This document shows, piece after piece, positions 19,170 to 27,944 of a DNA stretch of 64,000 nt (its first letter is position 1; every line of letters starts with the position of its first letter). Under the pieces are notes generated by a model. It saw only the letters and a list, made by a program, of their open reading frames with translations, was not told the origin of the DNA and did not search any database. The stretch spans positions 25,911-89,910 of the forward strand of contig DATCLS010000058.1 of assembly GCA_036563805.1 (NCBI GenBank). Reading direction: 5' to 3'. The translations under genes and the position numbers were made by a program. This stretch comes from Acidimicrobiales bacterium (GTDB lineage: Bacteria > Actinomycetota > Acidimicrobiia > Acidimicrobiales > VFJN01).

Positions 19170-19934
19170 CTACTCCACCCAGGCGTCGCGCTCGACGAGC
19201 ACCTTTTTCAGCACGTCGGGCCGGTCGGTCATGATGCCGTCGACGCCCATGTCGAGCAGGCGGTGCATCTCGTCGGCCTCGTTGATCGTCCACACGTGGA
19301 CCTGGAGGCCCCGGTGGTGGGCCGCGGACAGGAAGCGGTCGGTGACCAGCGGCACCCGGCCCTTGCGCGTCGGCACCTGGACGCACGCCGCCGTGAACCG
19401 GCCGGCCGGCACGCCCCGGGAGGCGGCCATCAGCCGGGCGACCTGGCGGGGCCCCATCGACGTGCACAGGCGGGGGCCCAGCTCGGCCCGCAGGCGGGCC
19501 AGGCGGCGGTCGGAGAACGACCCGATGCACACCCGGTCGATCGTCCCGGTGCGCCGGATCAGCTCGATCAGCGGCTCGACCGCGGCGTCGTGCTTGGGGT
19601 CGATGTTGATGCGCACATCGGGCCAGGCGGTGAGCAGGTCCTCGAGCAGGGGGATCTGGTCGCGGCCCCGCACCTTGACCGCCCGCACCTCGGCCAGCGG
19701 CAGGTCACCGATGAGCCCCGAGCCGTCGGTCAGGTTGTCGAGGTGGTCGTCGTGGAAGGCGACGAGCACGCCATCGGCGGTGGCGTGGGCGTCGGTCTCG
19801 AGGTACCGGTAGCCCATCTCGACCGCGGCCTCGAACGCGCCCATCGTGTTCTCGGCCGGGCCTCCCTCCCGGTGCGCGCCCTGGTGCGAGAAAGCCAGCG
19901 GTCCGGGCCAGTCGAGGAAGGGGAAGCGAGCCAT
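19170..19934 (-). CDS. glycerophosphodiester phosphodiesterase family protein (alternative GTG start at 19943)
   Basis: LAFSHQGA..ENTMGAFEAAVEMGYRYLETDAHATADGVLVAFHDD. Confidence 0.85.
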   Translation of the reverse strand: MARFPFLDWPGPLAFSHQGAHREGGPAENTMGAFEAAVEMGYRYLETDAHATADGVLVAFHDDHLDNLTDGSGLIGDLPLAEVRAVKVRGRDQIPLLEDLLTAWPDVRINIDPKHDAAVEPLIELIRRTGTIDRVCIGSFSDRRLARLRAELGPRLCTSMGPRQVARLMAASRGVPAGRFTAACVQVPTRKGRVPLVTDRFLSAAHHRGLQVHVWTINEADEMHRLLDMGVDGIMTDRPDVLKKVLVERDAWVE

Positions 19935-19981
19935 GATGCGCACGGACGGTAGCCGGCTGGCGGCCGTTCCCCTCGAAATGC

Positions 19982-19987
19982 CAGTCT
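19982..19987 (+). promoter_or_regulatory. -10-like hexamer (DUF2203)
   Basis: CAGTCT, 7 nt, GTG 19995. Confidence 0.4.
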
Positions 19988-19994
19988 GCGCCAG

Positions 19995-20375
19995 GTGGAG
20001 GAACCTTCACGCGTCTGGACGTTGGAGGAAGCGAACGCCGCCCTCCGGTGGGTGCGCGAGGTCGTCGCCCGCGCCCAGCGCCTGTGGGAGGAGTACCGGG
20101 CCGAGGCGGGGCGCACCGCCCGGCTCGTCCGCCAGAACGGCCACGGGCTGGTGCCCGCCGACCCCACGCCCATCAAGGCCTGCATCGACGAGCTGGCGGC
20201 CGAGGCGATCGTGCTGCGCGACGTGGCCCGGGGGCTGGTCGACTTCCCGGCCCGCAGCCCCAGCGGCCGCTGGTACTGGCTGTGCTGGCTGCTGGGCGAG
20301 CGCGAGGTCGGGTGGTGGCACTGGCCGGAGGACGGGTTCGCCGGCCGGCGCCCCGCCATCGACCTGCCCGACTGA
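19995..20375 (+). CDS. DUF2203-like hypothetical protein
   Basis: 126 aa; RVWTLEEANAALRWVREVV N-terminus. CAGTCT, 7 nt, GTG. Confidence 0.65.
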   Translation: MEEPSRVWTLEEANAALRWVREVVARAQRLWEEYRAEAGRTARLVRQNGHGLVPADPTPIKACIDELAAEAIVLRDVARGLVDFPARSPSGRWYWLCWLLGEREVGWWHWPEDGFAGRRPAIDLPD

Positions 20376-20482
20376 CCGACCGGCCCGGCCGCCCTGCTGC
20401 CGACCAGCGGTGACCCGCCGGTCGGCCGATCCCGGGCGCGGCGGGCCGGCACCGCGGGCGCGCGGGCGACCGAGGCGGCCGA

Positions 20483-20488
20483 TACCGT
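20483..20488 (+). promoter_or_regulatory. -10-like hexamer (SirB1-like)
   Basis: TACCGT, 7 nt, GTG 20496. Confidence 0.5.
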
Positions 20489-20495
20489 GGCCCGC

Positions 20496-21272
20496 GTGGA
20501 CATCACCGATCGGTTCGCCGAGCTGGTGCGCGGGCCGGAGGAGGAGTGCCGGATCGACCTCGGCGCCTTCCTGATCGCCGCCCACGCCCGCCGCGATCTC
20601 GACATCGACGAGCAGCTGGCCCGGCTGGACGAGCTGGCCATGGGCTGCGCCACCCCGACGATCGACGGGCTGTGCGAGCACCTCTTCGGGAACCTGGGCT
20701 TCCAGGGCGACACCGAGGACTACAAGAACCCCCGCAACTCGCTGCTCGACGTGGTGCTCGACCGCCGCAAGGGCATCCCGATCACGTTGTCGGTGGTCGT
20801 CATCGAGGTGGGGCGCCGGCTCGGGCTCGAGCTCAAGGGCGTCGGCATGCCCGGCCACTTCCTCGTGCGCGACGCCTACGACCCCGAGGTGTTCATCGAC
20901 CCGTTCCACCGGGTCCAGCTGAACCGCAGCGACTGCGAGAAGCTGTTCACCGTGCTCCACGGGTCGTCGGCCCGATTCCAGGAGCGGTTCCTCGAGCCGG
21001 TGGGGCCGCGGGCGATCATGGCCCGCATGGTCACCAACCTGCAGCGGTCGTTCGTGGGCCAGGGCGACCGGGCCGGGGCACTGTGGGCCCAGTGCCTGCG
21101 GGTGGTCGTGCCGGGGGCGACGGTGGGCGACCGGCGCCAGCTGGCCGCCCTGCTCGCCGCCAACGGGCGCTTCGACGCCGCCGCCCAGGAGCTGGAGGCC
21201 ATCGCCGACGAGGGCTGGGGCGGCGAGCGCGACCGCATCGCGGCGACGGCGATGCGGGCCAAGCTCAACTGA
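20496..21272 (+). CDS. transglutaminase-like / SirB1-N family protein with TPR-like C-terminus
   Basis: NSLLDVVLDRRKGIPITLSVVVIEVGRRLGLELKGVGMPGHFLVR. I moved the start to GTG 20496 because TACCGT precedes it by 7 nt. Confidence 0.75.
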   Translation: MDITDRFAELVRGPEEECRIDLGAFLIAAHARRDLDIDEQLARLDELAMGCATPTIDGLCEHLFGNLGFQGDTEDYKNPRNSLLDVVLDRRKGIPITLSVVVIEVGRRLGLELKGVGMPGHFLVRDAYDPEVFIDPFHRVQLNRSDCEKLFTVLHGSSARFQERFLEPVGPRAIMARMVTNLQRSFVGQGDRAGALWAQCLRVVVPGATVGDRRQLAALLAANGRFDAAAQELEAIADEGWGGERDRIAATAMRAKLN

Positions 21273-21277
21273 GCTGG

Positions 21278-21283
21278 CAGTCT
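21278..21283 (+). promoter_or_regulatory. -10-like hexamer (flavin reductase)
   Basis: CAGTCT, 7 nt, GTG 21291. Confidence 0.4.
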
Positions 21284-21290
21284 CAGCCGC

Positions 21291-21833
21291 GTGATCGACC
21301 GCGACCTCAAGCGCAGCCTGGGCCAGATGATGAAGGGGGTCCAGGTGGTCGGCGCCAGCCACGACGGGGTCACCCGCGCCTACACGAGCCACTGGGTGTG
21401 CCAGGTGAGCTTCGAGGAGCCGGTGATCGTGGCGTCCTCGTCGCCCAAGCACGACACCCACCCGCTGATCGTGGCCAGCGGCCGGTTCTCGGTCTCGATC
21501 CTGGCCGGCGACCAGATCGAGCAGGGCCAGTACTTCTCGTACCCCGGGCACAAGATGCGCTACGTCGCCGACGAGTACCTCGACGAGGTCGACGGGCTAC
21601 CCCGGGTGCGCGACTGCATCGCCTGGTTGGCCTGCGAGGTCGAGGACCACATCTCCGGTCGCTACGACCACGACCTGTTCTTCGCCCGGGTGGTGGGCAC
21701 CCGTGAGGGCCGGCTGGGCGCGCCGCCCCTCCTGTACTCGTCCCGGCTGGGGTGGCGGGCGGCCGGGGGCCGCATCCGCGAGCCCGGGGGATCGGTCCGC
21801 GACCGGCTTTTGGCCCGGCTCGAGGGTTCCTGA
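21291..21833 (+). CDS. flavin reductase family protein
   Basis: 180 aa; VQVVGASHDGVTRAYTSHWVCQVSFEEPVIV. CAGTCT, 7 nt, GTG. Confidence 0.8.
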   Translation: MIDRDLKRSLGQMMKGVQVVGASHDGVTRAYTSHWVCQVSFEEPVIVASSSPKHDTHPLIVASGRFSVSILAGDQIEQGQYFSYPGHKMRYVADEYLDEVDGLPRVRDCIAWLACEVEDHISGRYDHDLFFARVVGTREGRLGAPPLLYSSRLGWRAAGGRIREPGGSVRDRLLARLEGS

Positions 21834-21914
21834 GCACGGACCTCCGCGCCCGGGCCCGGCCCGCAGCGCTCCGCCGCCGGCGCGGCAGTCCGATCGCGGT
21901 GCGTGACGGAGGCA

Positions 21915-21932
21915 CTTGACCGGCGGGTCAAG
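21915..21932. promoter_or_regulatory. perfect inverted repeat CTTGACC-N4-GGTCAAG abutting the -10 of the acyl-CoA dehydrogenase gene (candidate operator)
   Basis: Read directly from the sequence: cttgacc ggcg ggtcaag, then tacggt. Confidence 0.45.
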
Positions 21933-21938
21933 TACGGT
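21933..21938 (+). promoter_or_regulatory. -10-like hexamer (acyl-CoA dehydrogenase)
   Basis: TACGGT, 7 nt, ATG 21946. Confidence 0.5.
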
Positions 21939-21945
21939 GAGCGGC

Positions 21946-23187
21946 ATGACGCTCGCCGACCAACGCCCCACGGACACGACGTCGCCGGCCGCCGACGCCT
22001 CCGACGACGAGCGGGTGCTCGCTCTGTGCCGCCAGCTCCTCGACGAGCTGCCGCCGGCCGAGACCGACCGGGTCACGTTCCTCGGCCGCCAGTTCGACCT
22101 CGGGCTCGCCTGGGTCCACTTCCCCGAGGGCCACGGCGGCCTCGGCCTGTCGCCCCGCCTGCAGAAGCTCATCAACGAGACGCTGGGCGCGGCCGGGGCG
22201 CCGAGCCCGTCCTACGGCAACCCGATCGGGCACGGCATGGCCGCCCCCACGATCGTCACCCACGGCAGCGAGGAGCAGAAGCGTCGCTACGTGCGCCCGC
22301 TGTTCACGAACGAGGAGATCTGGTGCCAGCTCTTCTCCGAGCCGGGCGCCGGGTCCGACGTGGCCAGCCTGTCGACGCGGGCCGTCCGCGACGGCGACGA
22401 GTGGGTGGTCAACGGCCAGAAGGTGTGGACGACGCTGGCCCACGTCGCCCGATTCGGGATGCTCGTGGCCCGCACCGACCCCGACGTCCCCAAGCACAAG
22501 GGCCTGACCTACTTCGTGGTCGACATGCACGCCCCCGGAGTCGAGGTGCGGCCGCTGTACCAGATCACCGGCGAGGCCGAGTTCAACGAGGTCTACTTCA
22601 CCGACGTCCGGATCCCCGACGCCGAGCGCCTCGGCGAGGTGGGGGAGGGCTGGCGCGTGTCGCTCACCACGCTCATGAACGAGCGGGTGGCGATCGGCGG
22701 GCAGGTCCCGCCCAAGGGCTCGGGGATGATCGGCCAGCTGATCGCCACCTGGCGGCGCACCGGCCCTCACGCGGGGCCGACCGCAGCCGCGGACCGCGAC
22801 CGGGTCGTCCGGCTGTGGACCCGGGCCGAGGTGGCGCGCCTGACCAACATCCGGGCCGCCCAGCAGCGGGCCAAGGGCACGCCGGGCCCCGAGGGCTCGA
22901 TCGGCAAGCTGGCGATGGCCGAGCTCAACAAGGAGATCACCTCCTGCGCCATCGACCTGCTCGGCCCCGAGGGCATGCTGCACCCCGACGGCTACCCGAT
23001 GGCCCGCCCGCAGACCACCAACCTGTGGTCGAGCCCGAGCCACGCCTTCCTGCGGGCCCGGGCCAACTCGATCGAGGGCGGCACGACCGAGATCATGAAG
23101 AACATCCTCGCTGAGCGGGTGCTCGGGCTCCCCGGCGACGTCCGGGTCGACAAGGACAAGCCCTGGTCGGAGGTGCCCCGCTCCTGA
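21946..23187 (+). CDS. acyl-CoA dehydrogenase
   Basis: WCQLFSEPGAGSDVASLSTRAVRDGDEWVVNGQKVWTT..; C-terminal SIEGGTTEIMKNILAERVLGLP. TACGGT, 7 nt, ATG. Confidence 0.9.
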   Translation: MTLADQRPTDTTSPAADASDDERVLALCRQLLDELPPAETDRVTFLGRQFDLGLAWVHFPEGHGGLGLSPRLQKLINETLGAAGAPSPSYGNPIGHGMAAPTIVTHGSEEQKRRYVRPLFTNEEIWCQLFSEPGAGSDVASLSTRAVRDGDEWVVNGQKVWTTLAHVARFGMLVARTDPDVPKHKGLTYFVVDMHAPGVEVRPLYQITGEAEFNEVYFTDVRIPDAERLGEVGEGWRVSLTTLMNERVAIGGQVPPKGSGMIGQLIATWRRTGPHAGPTAAADRDRVVRLWTRAEVARLTNIRAAQQRAKGTPGPEGSIGKLAMAELNKEITSCAIDLLGPEGMLHPDGYPMARPQTTNLWSSPSHAFLRARANSIEGGTTEIMKNILAERVLGLPGDVRVDKDKPWSEVPRS

Positions 23188-23226
23188 TCGGGCTGTCACG
23201 GTGACGGCCCCCCAGCACGCGCTGCG

Positions 23227-23232
23227 TAGTGT
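23227..23232 (+). promoter_or_regulatory. -10-like hexamer (TetR)
   Basis: TAGTGT, 7 nt, GTG 23240. Confidence 0.5.
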
Positions 23233-23239
23233 TGATCCC

Positions 23240-23905
23240 GTGAGCTCGGCTGGGGAAGACGAGCGGGAGTTCGGTGCACGCAAGCGCGGACGCCCGCCGG
23301 GGCAACGCAGCGCGGAGACGCGCGACCGCATCCTGCGGGCCGCCCGCGCCCGCTTCTCGCAGTCCGGCTACGCCCGGACTTCGCTGGCCGACATCGCCCG
23401 CGAGGCCGGCATCACGCCCCGGGCGATCTACCACTACGTCGAGTCGAAACCCCAGCTGTTCCGGCGGGCCGCGGATGCCGCCTACGAGCGGTTCGCGGAC
23501 GCGGTCAGCGAGCGCGTGCTGGGTCGGGCCGACAGCCGCAGCCGGCTGCACGGCCTGGCCGACGTCTTCCGCGACCTCTACCGCGAGGACCCGACGATCG
23601 TGGCCATGCTGAGCCAGACCGTCACCGAGGTGTACCGCAACCCCGAGCTCGACCGGTCCATGCTCATGCCCGAGGGCTACGTGCCCCTCAACCGGGTGCT
23701 GGTCGACATGGCCGTTGCCGACGGCGACCTGGCCGAGGGCGTCGACCCCGCGGGGGCGGCGGCGATGATCGAGGTGCTGGGGTCGGGCCTGACGCTGCTG
23801 GCCAGCAAGGAGCGCGAGCACGAGTACATGGCCATGCTCGACGTGCTCGAGCGGCTGCTGGACGGCACGCTGTTCGTCGACCGGTCGGAGGCGACCGGGA
23901 CCTGA
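23240..23905 (+). CDS. TetR family transcriptional regulator
   Basis: ETRDRILRAARARFSQSGYARTSLADIAREAGITPRAIYHYV. I set the start at GTG 23240 because TAGTGT precedes it by 7 nt. Confidence 0.85.
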   Translation: MSSAGEDEREFGARKRGRPPGQRSAETRDRILRAARARFSQSGYARTSLADIAREAGITPRAIYHYVESKPQLFRRAADAAYERFADAVSERVLGRADSRSRLHGLADVFRDLYREDPTIVAMLSQTVTEVYRNPELDRSMLMPEGYVPLNRVLVDMAVADGDLAEGVDPAGAAAMIEVLGSGLTLLASKEREHEYMAMLDVLERLLDGTLFVDRSEATGT

Positions 23906-23994
23906 CGGGGCGGGGCCGGCGCCGGGGCGGGGCGCGGCTCGGGTCGGCCGGGCCGGTCCGGGGCCGTCGCCGTCGGGTCCGGGCCGGCCGTCGC

Positions 23995-24000
23995 TACCGT
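23995..24000 (+). promoter_or_regulatory. -10-like hexamer (pyk)
   Basis: TACCGT, 8 nt, GTG 24009. Confidence 0.5.
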
Positions 24001-24008
24001 TCTGCCTC

Positions 24009-25430
24009 GTGCGCCGAACGAAGATCGTCGCGACGCTGGGACCCGCGTCCGATCCGCCGGAGACGGTGGCCGCGCTCCTGGACGCCGGGGCCGACGTGTT
24101 CCGCCTCGGCCTGGCCCACGGCACGCCCGAGGAGCACCTGGCCCGCATCGAGCGGATCCGTTCGGTGGCCGACGAGCGCGACCGCAAGGTCGCCGTCCTG
24201 TGCGACCTGCCCGGGCCCAAGGTGCGGGCCGGGACGTTCCCCGAGGGCGGGGCCTTCCTGGCCGAGGGCGACGAGGTCGAGCTGGTGGCCGGCGACGGCC
24301 CCAGCGACGCCGACCGCATCACGGTCGACGAGGACGGGCTGACCGGCGTCGCCGGGGTCGGCGACACGGTCGTGCTGGGCGATGGCACCGTCACGCTCGA
24401 GGTCCGGGCCGTCGACGACGAGGCCGTGCGGGCCGTGGTCCGTAGCGGCGGGCGGCTCCAGGGGCGCCCGGGCGTCCACCTGCCGTCCGAGCGCTGGGCG
24501 CCGGCCGTCCCCACCGACCACGACCTGGCGCTCGTCGACCGGGTCGCCCGCCAGGCCGATTGGGTGGCCGTGTCGTTCGTCCGCCGCGCCGACGAGATCG
24601 AGCGGGTGCGGGAGGCCCTCGGCGCGGACGGCCCCAAGGTCATGGCCAAGATCGAGACCCGGGCCGCCGTCGACCACCTCGACGAGCTGCTCGACGCGGC
24701 CGACGGCGTGATGGTGGCCCGCGGCGACCTCGGGATCGACTGCGCCATCGAGGAGGTGCCGCAGCTCCAGAAGCGCATCATCCGGGCCGCCGCCCGCCGC
24801 GGTGTGCCGGTCGTGACCGCCACCCAGATGCTCGAGTCCATGGTCACCGCCCCGGCCCCCACCCGGGCCGAGGTGTCCGACGTGGCCAACGCCGTGGTCG
24901 ACGGCACCGACGCGCTGATGCTGTCGGCCGAGACCGCCATCGGCCAGCACCCGGTCGCCGCGGTGCGGACCATGGGCCGCATCGCCCTGCGGGCCGAGCA
25001 GTCCGACGAGCGGCTGATCGCCCCCGAGGACCGGGGCCGGCTGCGCCGGCGGGAGATCACCCCCGAGGCGACGGCCGTGGCCATGGCCCACGCCGCGCTG
25101 CGAGCGGCGTCCGAGCTGCACCTGTCCGCCATCGTGTGCTGCACCCGCAGCGGCACGACCGCCCGGGCCATGGCCGCCCTCCGGCCCGCCTGCCGACTCA
25201 TCGGCGCCAGCCCGTCGCCGGCCACCGCCCGGCAGCTGGCGCTGACCTGGGGCGTCGAGCCGCTGGAGGTGGGGGAGTACGGCTCCACCGACGACATGGT
25301 GTGGTGCGTCGTCGAGGCCACCGTGCGGCGGGGCCTGGTGAAGGCGGGCCAGTCCATCGCCGTGCTGGCCGGGGCGCCCGGCTCGCCGGCCCACGGCACG
25401 GACGTGCTGCGGATCGTGACCGTGCAGTAA
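24009..25430 (+). CDS. pyk: pyruvate kinase
   Basis: RRTKIVATLGPAS.., MVARGDLGI, TQMLESM. TACCGT, 8 nt, GTG. Confidence 0.95.
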   Translation: MRRTKIVATLGPASDPPETVAALLDAGADVFRLGLAHGTPEEHLARIERIRSVADERDRKVAVLCDLPGPKVRAGTFPEGGAFLAEGDEVELVAGDGPSDADRITVDEDGLTGVAGVGDTVVLGDGTVTLEVRAVDDEAVRAVVRSGGRLQGRPGVHLPSERWAPAVPTDHDLALVDRVARQADWVAVSFVRRADEIERVREALGADGPKVMAKIETRAAVDHLDELLDAADGVMVARGDLGIDCAIEEVPQLQKRIIRAAARRGVPVVTATQMLESMVTAPAPTRAEVSDVANAVVDGTDALMLSAETAIGQHPVAAVRTMGRIALRAEQSDERLIAPEDRGRLRRREITPEATAVAMAHAALRAASELHLSAIVCCTRSGTTARAMAALRPACRLIGASPSPATARQLALTWGVEPLEVGEYGSTDDMVWCVVEATVRRGLVKAGQSIAVLAGAPGSPAHGTDVLRIVTVQ

Positions 25431-25441
25431 GCACGTAGCCC

Positions 25442-26296
25442 GTGACCCACGTACCTGGCGGTGCGGGCGGTGTTCCCGGCGGGCCCGACCCGTCGCGCGG
25501 CGCGGACGGCCCCCCGAGCGGGGACGGCTCGCGGACGACGGCCCGCGGGCTGTGGCTGCACGAGTCCGGCACCGGCCCGCTGGTCGTCCTCGTGCACGGG
25601 GCCATGGACCGCTCGGGCGGCATGCTGCGCGCCCGCCGCCTCCTGTACCACGACCACCGGATCATCCGCTACGACCGGCGCGGCTACGGCCGGTCCAAGC
25701 TGGCCGCGCCGAGCGACGACTTCCGGGTCCAGGTCGACGACCTGGCCGACATCCTCGACGGGCGGCCGGCCGTCATCGCCGGGCACAGCTTCGGCGGCGT
25801 GATCGGGCTGGCGCTGGCCGAGACCCGGCCCGAGCTCGTCCGGGCCGTGCTGGCCTACGAAGCGCCGATGAGCTGGGAGCCCTGGTGGCCGCACGGATCG
25901 TCCCGGCTGCCCGACCAGAGCCCGGAGGACGCGGCCGAGTGGTTCCTGCGCCGGATGATCGGCGACCGAACCTGGGAGCGGCTGCCCCGCTCGGTGCGGG
26001 CCGAGCGGCGGTCCGAGGGACCCGCCCTGGTGGCCGACCTGCGCTCGGTCCGGGCGCCGGCCCCCGTCCCGTACCGGGCGGAGCGGGTGACGGTGCCCGT
26101 GCTGGCCGCCTTCGGGGGCGCGGCCCGTGACCACCACCGGCGGGCCGCCAAGGAGCTGGCCGAGCGGGTGCCCCACGGCACCCTGCGGGAGGTGCCGGGG
26201 GCCGACCACGGCATCCACCTGTCCATGCCCGAGGCGTTCGCCGGGCTGGTGCGGGAGGCGGTGGAGCTGGCGGACGCCGCTGCGGCGGCGGGCTGA
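25442..26296 (+). CDS. alpha/beta hydrolase
   Basis: LVVLVHG.., nucleophile elbow GHSFGG; 11 nt after the pyk stop. Confidence 0.8.
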   Translation: MTHVPGGAGGVPGGPDPSRGADGPPSGDGSRTTARGLWLHESGTGPLVVLVHGAMDRSGGMLRARRLLYHDHRIIRYDRRGYGRSKLAAPSDDFRVQVDDLADILDGRPAVIAGHSFGGVIGLALAETRPELVRAVLAYEAPMSWEPWWPHGSSRLPDQSPEDAAEWFLRRMIGDRTWERLPRSVRAERRSEGPALVADLRSVRAPAPVPYRAERVTVPVLAAFGGAARDHHRRAAKELAERVPHGTLREVPGADHGIHLSMPEAFAGLVREAVELADAAAAAG

Positions 26297-26400
26297 CGCC
26301 GGGGCTTGCGGCCGGCTGACCCGGTGCTGTCGGTCCTCTGACGCGGCGTAGCGGCGCCGGTCCGGGGCGTGGCTCGCGCCGGGCCGGTGACCTGCGGCGT

Positions 26401-26406
26401 TAGCCT
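26401..26406 (+). promoter_or_regulatory. -10-like hexamer (patatin)
   Basis: TAGCCT, 9 nt, ATG GCA 26416. Confidence 0.4.
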
Positions 26407-26415
26407 CCGGGACCG

Positions 26416-27744
26416 ATGGCAACGGCGCCACGTCCCCCCACCCCTGGTCCGCGTGCGTCCGCCGCCTCCGCGTGGGGTCGGCGGCCGATCGCCTTCGTCC
26501 TCTCCGGCGGCGGCAACCTCGGCGCCCTCCAGCTCGGCATGCTCCGGGCGCTGCTCGAGCACGGCGTGACGCCCGACCTGGTGGTCGGCTGCTCGGTGGG
26601 GGCGATCAACGGCGCCGGCTTCGCCCACGAGCCCACGCTCGAGCGCCTCGACGACCTCGAGGAGCTGTGGCTCGGGCTCGACCGCCGCGACGTGCTGCCG
26701 AGCGGGTGGTCGAACGCGGTGTCGCTGGCCCGGCGGGGCGAGGCCGTCCACGACCTCGCCGCGCTGCGGGCGATGGCCGAGGAGCACCTGCCGGCCACCA
26801 CGTTCGAGGAGCTGGCCATCCCGTTCGAGTGCGTGGCCACCGACATCGGCAACGTGCAGGAGGTGTGGTTCGACTCGGGCCCGCTGATCGAGCCGCTGCT
26901 GGCGTCGGCCGCCCTCCCGGCCATCTACCCGCCGGTGGAGATCGACGGCGTGCGGTACCTCGACGGCGGGATCGTCAACGACGTGCCCATGAGCCGGGCG
27001 GTCGAGCGGGGGGCGGCGACGATCTACATCCTCCAGGTGGGGTCGTTCCTGCGGGCCCGGCGCGACCCCCGGCGGCCGCTCGACATGGCCGTGCAGGCCT
27101 ACTGGGTGGCCCGCCACCACCGGTTCAAGCGCGAGATCGAGGCCCTGCCGCCTGACGTCGAGGTGCACGTCCTGCCGACCGGCGAGACGCCCCGGGTGCG
27201 GTTCAACGACTTCACCCACTCGGCGACGCTGATCGCCCGGGCGTACGAGGCGACCGCCGCCTACCTCGACGACCTGGCGGCCGGCCGCCAGCCCGAGTCG
27301 CCGATCGACCGGCTGCCGGCCGCGGTGACCACCCGCCGAGCGCGGACGGGCGGGTCGGCCCGGGGCGGGGCCTCGGCCCCGGGGGGCGGGGACGACCACG
27401 AGCCGCTCGACGACGATGCCGCGGCGGCGGGCAAACGCCGGTGGGCGAAGGCCACCATGCTCCGCCGCCGCATCGCCGACCTCCCCGCCATCACCACCCG
27501 CCGCACCGCCGACGACACCGGCGCCGAGCACGAGCCCGAGGCCGCCCCCGAGGCCGCGCCGGGCCCGGCGGCCGACGCGCCCACCAACGGCGACGGCCCC
27601 GCCAGCAACGGCCACGGCGCCGACGAAGGCGACGAGCCCGACGACGGGGACGATCTGGCGGCGGCCGTCCGCCGGTGGGCCCCGGCGACGCTCCGCCGTC
27701 GCATCGCCGAGCTGCCGATCCGCCGTACGTCGGCCGGGGGCTGA
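26416..27744 (+). CDS. patatin-like phospholipase with a long basic/low-complexity C-terminal extension
   Basis: SGGGNLGA, GCSVGA (GxSxG), YLDGGIV (DGG). TAGCCT, 9 nt, ATG GCA. Confidence 0.85.
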   Translation: MATAPRPPTPGPRASAASAWGRRPIAFVLSGGGNLGALQLGMLRALLEHGVTPDLVVGCSVGAINGAGFAHEPTLERLDDLEELWLGLDRRDVLPSGWSNAVSLARRGEAVHDLAALRAMAEEHLPATTFEELAIPFECVATDIGNVQEVWFDSGPLIEPLLASAALPAIYPPVEIDGVRYLDGGIVNDVPMSRAVERGAATIYILQVGSFLRARRDPRRPLDMAVQAYWVARHHRFKREIEALPPDVEVHVLPTGETPRVRFNDFTHSATLIARAYEATAAYLDDLAAGRQPESPIDRLPAAVTTRRARTGGSARGGASAPGGGDDHEPLDDDAAAAGKRRWAKATMLRRRIADLPAITTRRTADDTGAEHEPEAAPEAAPGPAADAPTNGDGPASNGHGADEGDEPDDGDDLAAAVRRWAPATLRRRIAELPIRRTSAGG

Positions 27745-27931
27745 CCGGTTCGGCCGCACCGACTGCGACGTGTTCACGTTCCGGGGCCCGCTCGTCTGCC
27801 GGGTCGGGTCGTACCTCCGTCCTCACGGGCCCGGTCGCCGACCGGCAGCCCTGACGGCGGTGGCGGCGGCCGGCGTGGCGCCGTGGTGCCACCGGGCTCG
27901 CGCGGGGCGCCGCGGGGGCGGCGGGCGGGGC

Positions 27932-27937
27932 CAGACT
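27932..27937 (+). promoter_or_regulatory. -10-like hexamer (DUF3151)
   Basis: CAGACT, 7 nt, ATG 27945. Confidence 0.4.
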
Positions 27938-27944
27938 GGGGGCG

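Noticed and set aside
19946-19951. A TACCGT hexamer upstream of the glycerophosphodiesterase gene, considered as a leaderless -10 box.
   Set aside because: The spacing is 11 nt to ATG 19934 and 2 nt to GTG 19943. Neither fits the 6-9 nt pattern, so I did not list it as a leaderless promoter. A short leader remains possible.
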